DNA of 42,050 nt from Thermoplasmata archaeon (GCA_021848165.1 JAJZMW010000160.1:1-42050); one strand, 5' to 3'; shown: positions 26,242 through 34,964, counted from the stretch's first letter. A program made the numbers and translations. The notes: generated by a model not told the origin, from the letters alone.

Positions 26242-27083
26242 GCCGCCACGCGGCCCGGACCCTCCTGCTCGTGGCGATCCTCGTCGCCGGAGCGTTCGGC
26301 GGGCTCACGGGGGCCGCCTGGGCCACCCCTTCGGGGACGGCCGCGTCGGCCCACCCGGCGCTCCCCGCGAGCTCCCCCCCGCTGACCGGCTCCGTCCACG
26401 GGCCCACGCTCGTGCTGCCCAATGCGACCAACGTCTACACGGTCAACGCGACCGGTGGGCCTGCCGTGGCGGCGAACGGAACGCGCGTCGGGAACCTGAC
26501 CTTCTACGCTTCGCTCGCGAGCGCCAACACCACCGGGGTCAAGGTCAGCCCGACGTTCGGCGGTCTCACGGGCAACTCGAGCTACTCGATCTTTCTGACC
26601 GTCGGGCCGGTGGCCCAGACGGTGACGTTGACGGTGGAGTTCGCGAGCGTCTACCAGCACCAGAACGTCTCGATCAACCTGACGACCGTGATCCAAGTCG
26701 TGCGGCCGTTCCAGCTGACCGGGGAGGTCGTCGCGAGCGCCACGACGGTGCTGCCGTTCTCGATCCAGGTCGCGCTGGACGGGACGATCGTGGGGTCCGT
26801 ATCGGTGCCGACGCTGACGCCGCACGAGTTCTACAACTTCACCTATCAGTACCTCACCGCGGGGCTCGCGTCCGGGTATCACACGTTCACGCTGACCTTG
26901 CCCCAGCAGAACGGCCAGGTGCGATTCGCGAACGGGGCGATCAGCTATTCCGTGACGTTCTACATCGCGGGGCCCGCCCCCAACTACACGCTCTACTACC
27001 TCCTCGGGGGCGTCGCCTTCGTCGGGGTCATACTTATATTCCTCATCTTGGTCGGCGCGCGCCGCCGAGCGGGGGGCCGCTAG
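26238..27083 (+). CDS. secreted, C-terminally anchored, sequon-rich protein (putative surface glycoprotein)
   Basis: The GTG start overlaps the aglB stop (GTGA). N-terminal signal-like segment RTLLLVAILVAGAFGGLTGAAWA. Ten N-x-S/T sequons in 281 aa. C-terminal TM helix plus Arg tail (LLGGVAFVGVILIFLILVGARRRAGGR). Confidence 0.7.
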   Translation: MSRHAARTLLLVAILVAGAFGGLTGAAWATPSGTAASAHPALPASSPPLTGSVHGPTLVLPNATNVYTVNATGGPAVAANGTRVGNLTFYASLASANTTGVKVSPTFGGLTGNSSYSIFLTVGPVAQTVTLTVEFASVYQHQNVSINLTTVIQVVRPFQLTGEVVASATTVLPFSIQVALDGTIVGSVSVPTLTPHEFYNFTYQYLTAGLASGYHTFTLTLPQQNGQVRFANGAISYSVTFYIAGPAPNYTLYYLLGGVAFVGVILIFLILVGARRRAGGR

Positions 27084-27125
27084 ATCGCGGTCCGGTTCGG
27101 CGTCGGAGCGAGGGAGGAGCGGAAC

Positions 27126-27299
27126 ATGACGGAAGCGCGTGCGACGGCCTGCACATCGTGCGGCAGCTCGCTCTCGGTCCGGGGGTCCACGCAGTTCTCC
27201 TGCCCCGCCTGCTCGCAATCCGTGATCGGCCGGTGCCCCCGGTGCCGCGATCAGAGCGTCCTCTACCGCTGCCCGTCGTGCGGCTTCGAGGGTCCGTAG
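27126..27299 (+). CDS. 57-aa zinc-ribbon micro-protein with four CxxC pairs (COG2888 / HVO_2753-like, translation-associated)
   Basis: Translated by hand because it is not in the ORF track: MTEARATACTSCGSSLSVRGSTQFSCPACSQSVIGRCPRCRDQSVLYRCPSCGFEGP. GGGAGGAG lies upstream of the ATG. It sits immediately upstream of aEF-1beta, the conserved neighbourhood of this family. Confidence 0.7.
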   Translation: MTEARATACTSCGSSLSVRGSTQFSCPACSQSVIGRCPRCRDQSVLYRCPSCGFEGP

Positions 27300-27318
27300 G
27301 GCCCGGGAGGGTCGACCG

Positions 27319-27585
27319 ATGGGCCAGGTGGCGGTGCTCTTTCGGCTGATGCCCCAGGGCGTCGAGACCGATCTCCAGGCCGTCGCCCAGGGCGTGAAGG
27401 CGAGCCTGCCGCAGGGCGTGACGATCCGCGGGATGCAAGCGAAGGACATCGCCTACGGATTGCGCGCGCTCCTGCTGAGCGTCGTCATGAACGACGAGGG
27501 GGGGATCCTCGACTCGATCGAGCACGCGCTGAGCAAGGTTCCCGGGGTCGAGTCGGTCGAGGTCATGGAAGAGGGCCTCCTCTAA
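27319..27585 (+). CDS. ef1b: translation elongation factor aEF-1 beta
   Basis: 88 aa. MGQVAVLFRLMP...IAYGLRAL......D.EGG..D.IE..L..V.GVESVEV is the typical aEF-1beta pattern. Confidence 0.85.
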   Translation: MGQVAVLFRLMPQGVETDLQAVAQGVKASLPQGVTIRGMQAKDIAYGLRALLLSVVMNDEGGILDSIEHALSKVPGVESVEVMEEGLL

Positions 27586-27619
27586 GGGCCCCTCGTTCGG
27601 ATCGGCTCCCGAGGGACCC

Positions 27620-28618
27620 GTGGACCTGATCACCCACGTCCTCGTCACCTACCTCGTCACGCTCGGCGTCGTGGGGTTCCAACCGCAGTATCTCGCCGCC
27701 GGGGCCCTCGCGGGGGGGCTTCCCGATGCCGACGCGCTGCTCTATCCGCTCGGGCGGCGGTTCGAGATCTTCCAGCATCGCGGGATCACCCACTCCTTCC
27801 TCGGCGTGACGATCATCGCGATCGCGGGAGCGTTGATCGCCCCGCTCCTCTTGCCCGGCTCGTTCCTGCTCTACTTCGCGGTGATGGAGATGGGCGGGCT
27901 CCTCCACATCGGCCTGGACGCGTTCACGAACTTCTCGGTGCCTCCGCTCCTCCCCTTCTCTCGTCAGCGAATCTGCTACGACGCCGATCGCGCGGTGAAC
28001 TTCTTCACCCTGGTCGTGAGCGTCGTGTCGATGTACGTTCTTCTCGGCGTCGAGCGCAACCAGGTCGCGATCCAGGGGGAGTGGGCGAGCATCGCGGTGC
28101 TCGGCGTCTTCTTCGGGGCATACTTCGCGATCCGCGTCGCCACGCGCGCGTGGCTCGGGCGGGCGAAGTCGCGCTTCGGGCCGTTCGACCACATCGTTCC
28201 CACCGAGAACCCGTTCACCTGGTTCCTCTACGGGGAGCGACGCGCGGGGGACCGGGTCTCCCTCCACTTCGCCCGCTACCGGACCGGGCGCGGGATCTCG
28301 GGACCGTATGCGCTGACGGTCGACCCCGCGGCGGCCACCCGGGCCGGGCCGATCGCGTCCGAGCAGGAGGCGATCGATCGTTCCTACGCGCACCGCCACG
28401 CGCGCGGACGGTTCTTCGAGGATACGTATCTGTTCGCCCGGGCGGAGCCGACCCCGCCCGGCGGGTGGCAGATCACGTGGTACTCCATCGAATTCGTCAA
28501 CTTCGGACGCTCGGCGAGCGTCCAGGTCCTCTTCCCGCCCGACGGCGGGGCCCCGGAGGTCCACCGCGGATTCCGGCGCGTGCGGATGCCGTGGGCCGAT
28601 CGGCCGCCCGCGACCTGA
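27620..28618 (+). CDS. membrane-bound metal-dependent hydrolase (DUF457/YdjM-like) with an extra C-terminal soluble domain
   Basis: N-terminal MDLITHVL...LPDAD....HRGITHS motifs and about 5 hydrophobic helices. The C-terminal ~150 aa are non-membrane and match no family I recognise. GTG start. Confidence 0.65.
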   Translation: MDLITHVLVTYLVTLGVVGFQPQYLAAGALAGGLPDADALLYPLGRRFEIFQHRGITHSFLGVTIIAIAGALIAPLLLPGSFLLYFAVMEMGGLLHIGLDAFTNFSVPPLLPFSRQRICYDADRAVNFFTLVVSVVSMYVLLGVERNQVAIQGEWASIAVLGVFFGAYFAIRVATRAWLGRAKSRFGPFDHIVPTENPFTWFLYGERRAGDRVSLHFARYRTGRGISGPYALTVDPAAATRAGPIASEQEAIDRSYAHRHARGRFFEDTYLFARAEPTPPGGWQITWYSIEFVNFGRSASVQVLFPPDGGAPEVHRGFRRVRMPWADRPPAT

Positions 28619-28642
28619 CGCGGGGAAGTGCCCCCGCGGCGC

Positions 28643-28921
28643 TCACTTGTACGTCGACTGGTGGACCTTGCCCTCGTCGTCGACGATCGTGATGCACTCG
28701 CCTTCGCACTCCTGAAGGCACGCCTCGCACATGATGCAATCCGGGCCGTTGATCACGGCCGACTTCTCGACGCGGAACTGGAACTTAGCGGCGACGTCCG
28801 GATCGTCGACCGCGTTCGGGAACTTCTCTCGCGGCTGCATCTCGAAGACGTTGACCGGGCAGACGTCGCGGCAGTGTTGGCATCCCGTGCACTTGTTGTG
28901 GTCGACCTCTACGCTGACCAT
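28643..28921 (-). CDS. 2x[4Fe-4S] ferredoxin
   Basis: CTGCQHCRDVCP and CIMCEACLQEC cluster motifs, in a 92-aa protein. Confidence 0.85.
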   Translation of the reverse strand: MVSVEVDHNKCTGCQHCRDVCPVNVFEMQPREKFPNAVDDPDVAAKFQFRVEKSAVINGPDCIMCEACLQECEGECITIVDDEGKVHQSTYK

Positions 28922-28973
28922 GGATCCGTCCGGCGGGCGATGCCTGCCGGTGGGGGCTCCAGACGCACGGGCG

Positions 28974-28979
28974 TATATA
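28974..28979. promoter_or_regulatory. symmetric TATATA element in the divergent ferredoxin / thioesterase intergenic region
   Basis: AT-only hexamer, 53 nt from the ferredoxin ATG (28921) and 77 nt from the thioesterase ATG (29056). Confidence 0.3.
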
Positions 28980-29055
28980 GCCGGCGGCTCCGGGCGGTCG
29001 GCGGACCGACCGGACCGGCAACCCTTAGCCCCGCGCGCCCTGGGGGGGCGCGTCG

Positions 29056-29541
29056 ATGACCGAGCTCGAGAACCCGGCCGAGAGCACCTGTTTCGGATGC
29101 GGGCCCGCCAACAGCCGGGGGCTCCGTCTCCGCATGCAGTTGGCGGTCGGAGCGGACGGCGCGGAGGAGGTCCGCTGCCGGTTCGTCCCCCGCGACGACG
29201 AGATCGGCTGGACGGGCCTCCTCCACGGCGGGCTGCATTACCTCATCTTGCAGGAGGCTTCCTATTGGGCCGCGTGGACGCTGGGGGGCCGGGTGATGCG
29301 CTTCGAGGGGCCCGCGACGTACTCGCAGGTCCGCCTTCCGCGCGTCGGCAAGGAGTACGTTGCCCGAGCGCGCCTGACCGGCCGCACCGAGCGCGGCGTT
29401 CGAGTGCACGCGGCGAGCGAGTCCCTCGAAGGGGCACCGTGCGGAGCCCTCGATTCGACCTGGGTTCGGGCGAGCCGGGCGGAGGTCGCCCGGGCCCGGC
29501 TCGACCTGCCGTCGTATCTTCTCGAGGAGATGGACCCGTAG
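29056..29541 (+). CDS. PaaI-family hotdog-fold thioesterase
   Basis: CFGCGP.N..GL N-terminal motif and HGG....L.E core, typical of the PaaI/YbgC-like hotdog family. Confidence 0.75.
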   Translation: MTELENPAESTCFGCGPANSRGLRLRMQLAVGADGAEEVRCRFVPRDDEIGWTGLLHGGLHYLILQEASYWAAWTLGGRVMRFEGPATYSQVRLPRVGKEYVARARLTGRTERGVRVHAASESLEGAPCGALDSTWVRASRAEVARARLDLPSYLLEEMDP

Positions 29542-29551
29542 GGGACGGCGC

Positions 29552-30520
29552 ATGCCGGCGGACGGGGTTGGGGTGGGGAGGACCCGGACCAGGCCGGCGC
29601 CGTCGAGCGGCGGCGCGTCGTTGCGCGGAACCAGCGTGGTGCTGACGGGCGCCACGGCCGGGATCGGAGCCGTGATGGCCGACGAGCTCGCCCGGCGGGG
29701 CGCTTCCCTCTTCCTGATCGCGCGCGATCGGACCCGGCTCGAGACGGTCCTCCGGCTGCACCGGGGGCAAGGCGCCGACGTCGACGGGGCGGTGTGCGAC
29801 CTCGCCGAGCCGGCGGCGGTGCGATCGATCGCCGAGGCGATCCGGTCGACCCACCCTCGGCTCGACGTCCTCATCAACAACGCGGGCGCGCTGTTCTACC
29901 AGTTCGCGACGAACTCGGCGGGCGACGAGAAGACGTTCGCGCTGAACGTCCTCGCCCCGTTCCTCCTGATGGAGACCTTGTGGCCCAGCCTCGCCGCCTC
30001 CGGGGCGGGCCGGGTCGTCAACCTCGCCAGCACCGCGCATCGGACCGGGACGATCGACCTCGCCGACATCGATCGGCGGCGCCACTATCGAGGCTGGGCG
30101 GCGTATTCGCAGTCGAAGCTCGCCCTCCTGTTGCTGACGCGCGAGGCGCCGCGTCGCCATCCCGGCTCGCCGGTGACGGTGAACGCCTGCCATCCCGGGT
30201 TCGTGCGGAGCCACTTCGGCCTCGAAGGGCGGGGGTGGGGCCCCGCGTTGATGCGCTTCGCGCAGCGGATCGGGGCGATCTCGCCCGAGCGGGGCGCCGC
30301 GACGCCCCTGTTCTTGGCGACCGATCCGAGCGTGGCGCGCTACACCGGGGAATACTTCGCGAAGCGCTCCCTCGCGCGGGGATCGCGGCGTTCGCTCGAT
30401 CCGGCGACAGCGCGCGCCCTCTGGGATCTCTGCGAAGAGCGCGCGGGGCGGGGGGCCCGCCCGCCGGTTACGGCGGGGCGCTCCGGAAGCGGCTCGGCCG
30501 GCCCGTCGCCCGCAAGCTGA
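29552..30520 (+). CDS. short-chain dehydrogenase/reductase (retinol-dehydrogenase-like SDR)
   Basis: TGATAGIG cofactor motif, NNAG, and catalytic YSQSK. Confidence 0.8.
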   Translation: MPADGVGVGRTRTRPAPSSGGASLRGTSVVLTGATAGIGAVMADELARRGASLFLIARDRTRLETVLRLHRGQGADVDGAVCDLAEPAAVRSIAEAIRSTHPRLDVLINNAGALFYQFATNSAGDEKTFALNVLAPFLLMETLWPSLAASGAGRVVNLASTAHRTGTIDLADIDRRRHYRGWAAYSQSKLALLLLTREAPRRHPGSPVTVNACHPGFVRSHFGLEGRGWGPALMRFAQRIGAISPERGAATPLFLATDPSVARYTGEYFAKRSLARGSRRSLDPATARALWDLCEERAGRGARPPVTAGRSGSGSAGPSPAS

Positions 30521-30746
30521 CGTCGACGCGCTCGAGCTGGCTTCGGTGTTCGGGGCACAACAGGAACGCGCGAAAGGTCGCGCGGGGGTCGGCGGGGTCC
30601 GCGCTCGCGGCGCAGAGATCGACGGGGCGGGGTCGGTCGTCGCACGGGCCCCCGAGCTCGACGCCCGGGTCGGGTCGCGCGGCACGGAACGCATACTCGT
30701 ACGCCCGTCCCATCTCGCAGAGCGGGCGTTGGAAGATCGCGCTCAT
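30468..30746 (-). CDS. hypothetical small Cys-containing protein (92 aa)
   Basis: ATG-initiated ORF, divergent from the methyltransferase gene. By hand count of the codons, third positions are overwhelmingly G/C, which is the coding signature in this genome. No recognised family. Its 3' end overlaps the SDR gene by 53 nt. Confidence 0.35.
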   Translation of the reverse strand: MSAIFQRPLCEMGRAYEYAFRAARPDPGVELGGPCDDRPRPVDLCAASADPADPRATFRAFLLCPEHRSQLERVDVSLRATGRPSRFRSAPP

Positions 30747-30805
30747 GAGCGTCCCTGGCCGTTCTCCCCCGGGAGGCTATCCTCTCGAGGGGATATCGCT
30801 CGCGC

Positions 30806-31951
30806 ATGTCCCCTCCGTCGGCGGCCCCCGCGCCCCCCAGCCGCGCCTTCGTCCGCCGGTTGCTGCGGGCCTACGCGGACGGGGAGCTCACGAACCTGAT
30901 CCAGATCGGCCACGCGACGGGCCTCTGGACCGTCCTCGCGAACGGGGGAGGGACGGCCGCCGAGATCGCTCGTCGGGCGCGGCTCGACCCCCGCTACGTC
31001 GACGAATGGCTTCGGGCCCTCGCGGTCGCCCGGGTCCTCCGGTACGACGCGCGGCGGGAGAGCTTCCACCTCGCCCCCTCGCGGGCCGCGTGCCTCGCGG
31101 GGCCGGGGATCTACAATCTCGCGCCCGGCAGCGGGATGGTCGCGATCGGGGCGCGGCACCTCCCGCGGGTCGCGCGGGCCTTCCGGTCGGGGAAGGGGAT
31201 CCCCGCGGCGGTCTACGAGCCCGAGTTCTCCCGGCTGATGGACGATCTGAACCGGCGACGATACGACGCGCTCCTGGTGCCGGAGTACGTGCGCCTCGCT
31301 CCCGGGCTCGAGGCGCGATTGCGCCGCGGGATCCGCGTCCTTGACTTTGGCACCGGGAGCGGCCACCCGGTGAACCTCCTCGCGCGTGCGTACCCGCGAT
31401 CCCGCTTCGTCGGGGTGGAGCTCGCCCGTCTCCCTCTGGCGCGAGCCCGCCGGGAGGCGCGGTCGCTCGGCCTCCGCAACGTTCGCTTCGTTCGGGGGGG
31501 CGTTTCCTCCCTGCGGACGCTCGGCCGATTCGACCTCCTCACGGCGTTCGATGTGATCCACGACCTCGCTTGGCCCGAAGCGACCGTGGCGGCGCTCGTT
31601 CGCCGCCTGCGGCCGAACGGACGGGTGCTCATCGGCGAGCCCCGGGCCTCGAGCGACCTCGGCGAGAACATCGGCCGGACGGGGGCGGCGTACCTCTACG
31701 GGGTGAGCGTGACGTACTGCCTCCCGGTCTCTCGGGCCGGGGGGCCGGGCGGCCTCGGAACCTGCTGGGGGGTCGAACGGGCGAAGGCGCTCCTCGAGAG
31801 CGCCGGCGTCGCTCGGGTGCGGGTGCGGCCCGCGCCCGGCAACGCCCTCGCGGTGGTCATCACCGGGCGCATCCTCGCGACGCACCCCCGCCGACGCCGT
31901 TCCGCGGAGGGCCCCGCTCTCGCGCGGGGGGGGAGATCCTGCCCGAAGTAA
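30806..31951 (+). CDS. class I SAM-dependent methyltransferase with an N-terminal winged-helix domain
   Basis: Motif I VLDFGTGSG, and an N-terminal wHTH-like segment (GLWTVLANGGGTAAEIARRARLDPRYVDEWLRAL). The last ~25 aa look non-native and overlap the next gene. Confidence 0.8.
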   Translation: MSPPSAAPAPPSRAFVRRLLRAYADGELTNLIQIGHATGLWTVLANGGGTAAEIARRARLDPRYVDEWLRALAVARVLRYDARRESFHLAPSRAACLAGPGIYNLAPGSGMVAIGARHLPRVARAFRSGKGIPAAVYEPEFSRLMDDLNRRRYDALLVPEYVRLAPGLEARLRRGIRVLDFGTGSGHPVNLLARAYPRSRFVGVELARLPLARARREARSLGLRNVRFVRGGVSSLRTLGRFDLLTAFDVIHDLAWPEATVAALVRRLRPNGRVLIGEPRASSDLGENIGRTGAAYLYGVSVTYCLPVSRAGGPGGLGTCWGVERAKALLESAGVARVRVRPAPGNALAVVITGRILATHPRRRRSAEGPALARGGRSCPK

Positions 31952-32772
31952 CCCTCCCCTCCGGCGTTCGCCTCGCCTACGACACGTTCGGGAGCGAAGG
32001 GGACCCCACCGTTCTCGTCCACGGGTCGTGGGTGGACCGCCGAACGTGGGCCGCGCTCGCGCCGATCCTGGCCCCCTCCCTGCGCCTCCTCACCTTCGAT
32101 CGCCGCAACCACGGAGCGAGCCGGGGACCCGTGCGGGTCCATCCCGTGCAGGAGGACGCGAGCGATCTCGCCGAGCTCCTGGTCGCGACCGACCTCTACC
32201 CGGCGCACGTCGTCGCGCACTCCTACGGCGGTTGCGTCGCGCTCGCGCTCGCTACGCAGCGCCCGGAACTCGTTCGCAGCCTGGCGATCCATGAGGCGCC
32301 CGCGGTGGGGCTGCTCGAGGACGATCCGGCCTCGGTGCCGATCGCGCGAGGGCTTCGGACGAGCGTCGAGCGCCTGCGCACCGAGATCCGGGCGGGGCAT
32401 GTGGACGAGGCGGCGCGAGCGTTCGTGGACGAATTCGCCGCGGACCCGACCGCCTGGGACCGGCTCGCCCCTCCGTGGAAGGAAGCGTTCCGCGCGAACG
32501 CCCCGCGTTGGCTCGAAGAGTTCTCCGACCCCGCCACCGACCGCCCGGATCGAGCGGCGCTCACGGACTTCCTCAGCCCCGTGTTGCTGACCGAGGGAGG
32601 ACGGAGCCCCGAATTCCTGCACCGCATGTCGGCGGCGATCGCCGGTACCCTGCGGAACGCGACGGTCCGCCGCCTCCCCGACGCGGGGCATTTCCCGCAC
32701 CTGACGGATCCCCAGGTGTATGCGGCGGTCCTCCTCCGGTTCCTCGTGGAGCGCGACGTCCCGGCTATGTAG
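31936..32772 (+). CDS. alpha/beta-fold hydrolase (start codon unresolved)
   Basis: VTLPSGVRLAYDTFGSEGDPTVLVHG, nucleophile elbow AHSYGG, C-terminal GHFPHL. The nearest in-frame ATG/GTG/TTG is ATG 31570, 122 codons upstream and inside the methyltransferase gene. The coordinates given start at ATC 31936 (a CTG lies at 31939) purely as a placeholder. Confidence 0.7.
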   Translation: MLPEVTLPSGVRLAYDTFGSEGDPTVLVHGSWVDRRTWAALAPILAPSLRLLTFDRRNHGASRGPVRVHPVQEDASDLAELLVATDLYPAHVVAHSYGGCVALALATQRPELVRSLAIHEAPAVGLLEDDPASVPIARGLRTSVERLRTEIRAGHVDEAARAFVDEFAADPTAWDRLAPPWKEAFRANAPRWLEEFSDPATDRPDRAALTDFLSPVLLTEGGRSPEFLHRMSAAIAGTLRNATVRRLPDAGHFPHLTDPQVYAAVLLRFLVERDVPAM

Positions 32773-34084
32773 GCGGGAACCCATCCCCGCCCGCGTCCCC
32801 GCCGAGGTCGTTCGAAGAGTACTGGGCCACCGGTCGACCGATCGCGGAGCGGCCCGCGACCGGGTCGGGGGGCGAGCCGAGGAAGACGAGCACCGTCATC
32901 GCAATGTCGGTCCCGATGATGATCAGGAACGCCGGAAGCAGGACGGCGTGAAGGCCGGCGGAGGGGCCGGCGGGCAGGAGATCGATCGCGAGGATGAGGA
33001 GGACCGCGTTCGTGAGACCCCGTCCGTACAGTCCCGCGACGCGGTCAACGAACTCGGCGGGGATGCGGCCCCGCTGGGCCCCCTGGAGGAAGAGGTAGCG
33101 GCGGAGCAGCAACAGCGCGATCGGGAGGGCGATCACGGCCGCGATCGCGACGACCCCGAGCGGCTGAAAGGGGACCAAGATCCCCAGAAAGACCAGGAAC
33201 ACGGCCCGCAGAACGAAGGCGATGTCGTTGTGGACCTGCCGGACGGTGGGATCGAGCGCGAAGATCTCCCGGGACGACCGCGGCAGCCAGCGGCGGAAGA
33301 ACGCGTCGTTCCCGAGTACGATGCCCATCACCAACGCCGCCATGATCCCCGACCCGTCCAACGATTCGGCGCCGGCGTAGACCACAAAGAGGAGACCCAT
33401 CGTGGCGAGGCCGGCGAACGTCCGATTCTGCCACCGGGACAGGAATTGGATCGCGGCAAAGCCGCCCAAGAGCCCGAACGCGATCGCCAGCGGCAGCGGA
33501 AGGACGACCGCGGGTACGATCTCGCCCCAACCGCCGCCCGTCACGAGGATGGCGACCAGGATCGTGACCGAGAGGATGGCGAGCGTGTCCTCGATCGCGA
33601 ACTCGAGGCCGAGAAGGCTCGGGATCGTGCCCGGAAAGCCGAGGCGCTGGGCGATCGGCAGCGTCACCGCGCCCGAGACCCCCGCCAACGCGAGGGCGAA
33701 CAGGATCGAGGTCGTCCAGTCGCCCGGGGCGAAGATCCCGTAGGCGACGGCGAAGAGCAGCAGCGCCGCGAGGCCGAAGCTTCCGAAGGCGAACAGCGCG
33801 CCCGACGGTCCGACGGTCCGCAGTTCGCGGATGTTGAAGTCGATCCCCGCGTCGTAGAGGATGATGATCAGCGCGGCGGTCCCGAGGATCGCCCCGAGCT
33901 CCGTGATCTGGGCGGGGGAGACGATGTGGAAGACCGGTCCGGCGAGGAGACCGAAGAGGATCAACCAGAGGACGTCGGGGACGCGGAACCGTTGCTCGAG
34001 CGCGTGCGAACCGAACGCGAGCAGCACCGTCGCGCCGAGCAGCAGGATGGCGACGGTGGTGGTCGACGGCAGGAAGAGGGTCAT
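32765..34084 (-). CDS. cation:proton antiporter (Na+/H+ exchanger family)
   Basis: About 12 hydrophobic helices, with the typical ILYDAG and LGLEFAIED segments of CPA1/CPA2 transporters. Confidence 0.8.
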   Translation of the reverse strand: MTLFLPSTTTVAILLLGATVLLAFGSHALEQRFRVPDVLWLILFGLLAGPVFHIVSPAQITELGAILGTAALIIILYDAGIDFNIRELRTVGPSGALFAFGSFGLAALLLFAVAYGIFAPGDWTTSILFALALAGVSGAVTLPIAQRLGFPGTIPSLLGLEFAIEDTLAILSVTILVAILVTGGGWGEIVPAVVLPLPLAIAFGLLGGFAAIQFLSRWQNRTFAGLATMGLLFVVYAGAESLDGSGIMAALVMGIVLGNDAFFRRWLPRSSREIFALDPTVRQVHNDIAFVLRAVFLVFLGILVPFQPLGVVAIAAVIALPIALLLLRRYLFLQGAQRGRIPAEFVDRVAGLYGRGLTNAVLLILAIDLLPAGPSAGLHAVLLPAFLIIIGTDIAMTVLVFLGSPPDPVAGRSAIGRPVAQYSSNDLGGDAGGDGFPPT

Positions 34085-34136
34085 GCGAAGCGCGCTCGAA
34101 CCTCCTTCCGACCTCGGCGCGCCCCGGAACCGGCGC

Positions 34137-34964
34137 CTACGACGGGGGCGATCCGCCGGACGACGGCGGGCTTCCCTCCCCGAAGAACTCCATCAGGCCC
34201 CGGCCGAGCCACTGGCCGCCGTCGACCGTCAGGACCTCGCCGGTGATGTAGCTCGCCCGATCGCTGACCAAGAACGAGACCGCCTCCGCGATCTCCTCGG
34301 GCCGGCCGAATCGCCCCATCGGGATCCCGCGGAGGATCCGCTCGACCAGCTCGGGCGACGTCCACAGCTGCCGATCCGTTCCCGGGGTGCGCACCGGGCC
34401 GGGCGAGACCGCGTTGACCCGGATCCGATGGACGGCCCACTCGACGGCCAGCGTTCGGGTCAGCGAGACGACCCCGGCCTTGGCGGCGGCGGAGTGCGCC
34501 GTGCCGGGCCCGGCGAGCCAGGCGTAGGCGGCGACGATGTTGACGATCGATGGGTTCGGGCTCCTCCGGAGGCGACCGAACGCCGCTCGAGAGCAGAAGA
34601 ACGTCCCGTCCAGGACGATCCCGAGGACGGCCCGCCAGCCGTTCGGCGAGAGCTCCTCCGCGCGCACGGGAAAGTTCCCGGCGGCGTTGTTGACGAGCAC
34701 GTCGAGCCGACCGTACTCGTCGTCGATCCGCGCGAAGAGCCGCTCGACCTGGGCCACGTCCCGCACGTCGGTCGCCAGCGCGAGCGTCCGCGCGCCGGTC
34801 GGGGCGAGCTCGCGCACGCCGGCCTCCAGATGCTCCGCGGAACGGCTCGCGATCGCGAGGTCGTATCCGTCGCGGGCCAACCGGCCCGCGATCGCGAGAC
34901 CGAGGCCGGTGCCGCCGCCCGTGACGAGCGCCACGGGTCGCTCGGAAGGACGGGGGGGCGCCAT
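34137..34964 (-). CDS. SDR-family oxidoreductase (enoyl/dienoyl-CoA-reductase-like)
   Basis: VTGGGTGLG cofactor motif, NNAAGNF, catalytic-region HSAAAKAG, and ITGEVLTVDGG at the C-terminus. Confidence 0.8.
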   Translation of the reverse strand: MAPPRPSERPVALVTGGGTGLGLAIAGRLARDGYDLAIASRSAEHLEAGVRELAPTGARTLALATDVRDVAQVERLFARIDDEYGRLDVLVNNAAGNFPVRAEELSPNGWRAVLGIVLDGTFFCSRAAFGRLRRSPNPSIVNIVAAYAWLAGPGTAHSAAAKAGVVSLTRTLAVEWAVHRIRVNAVSPGPVRTPGTDRQLWTSPELVERILRGIPMGRFGRPEEIAEAVSFLVSDRASYITGEVLTVDGGQWLGRGLMEFFGEGSPPSSGGSPPS

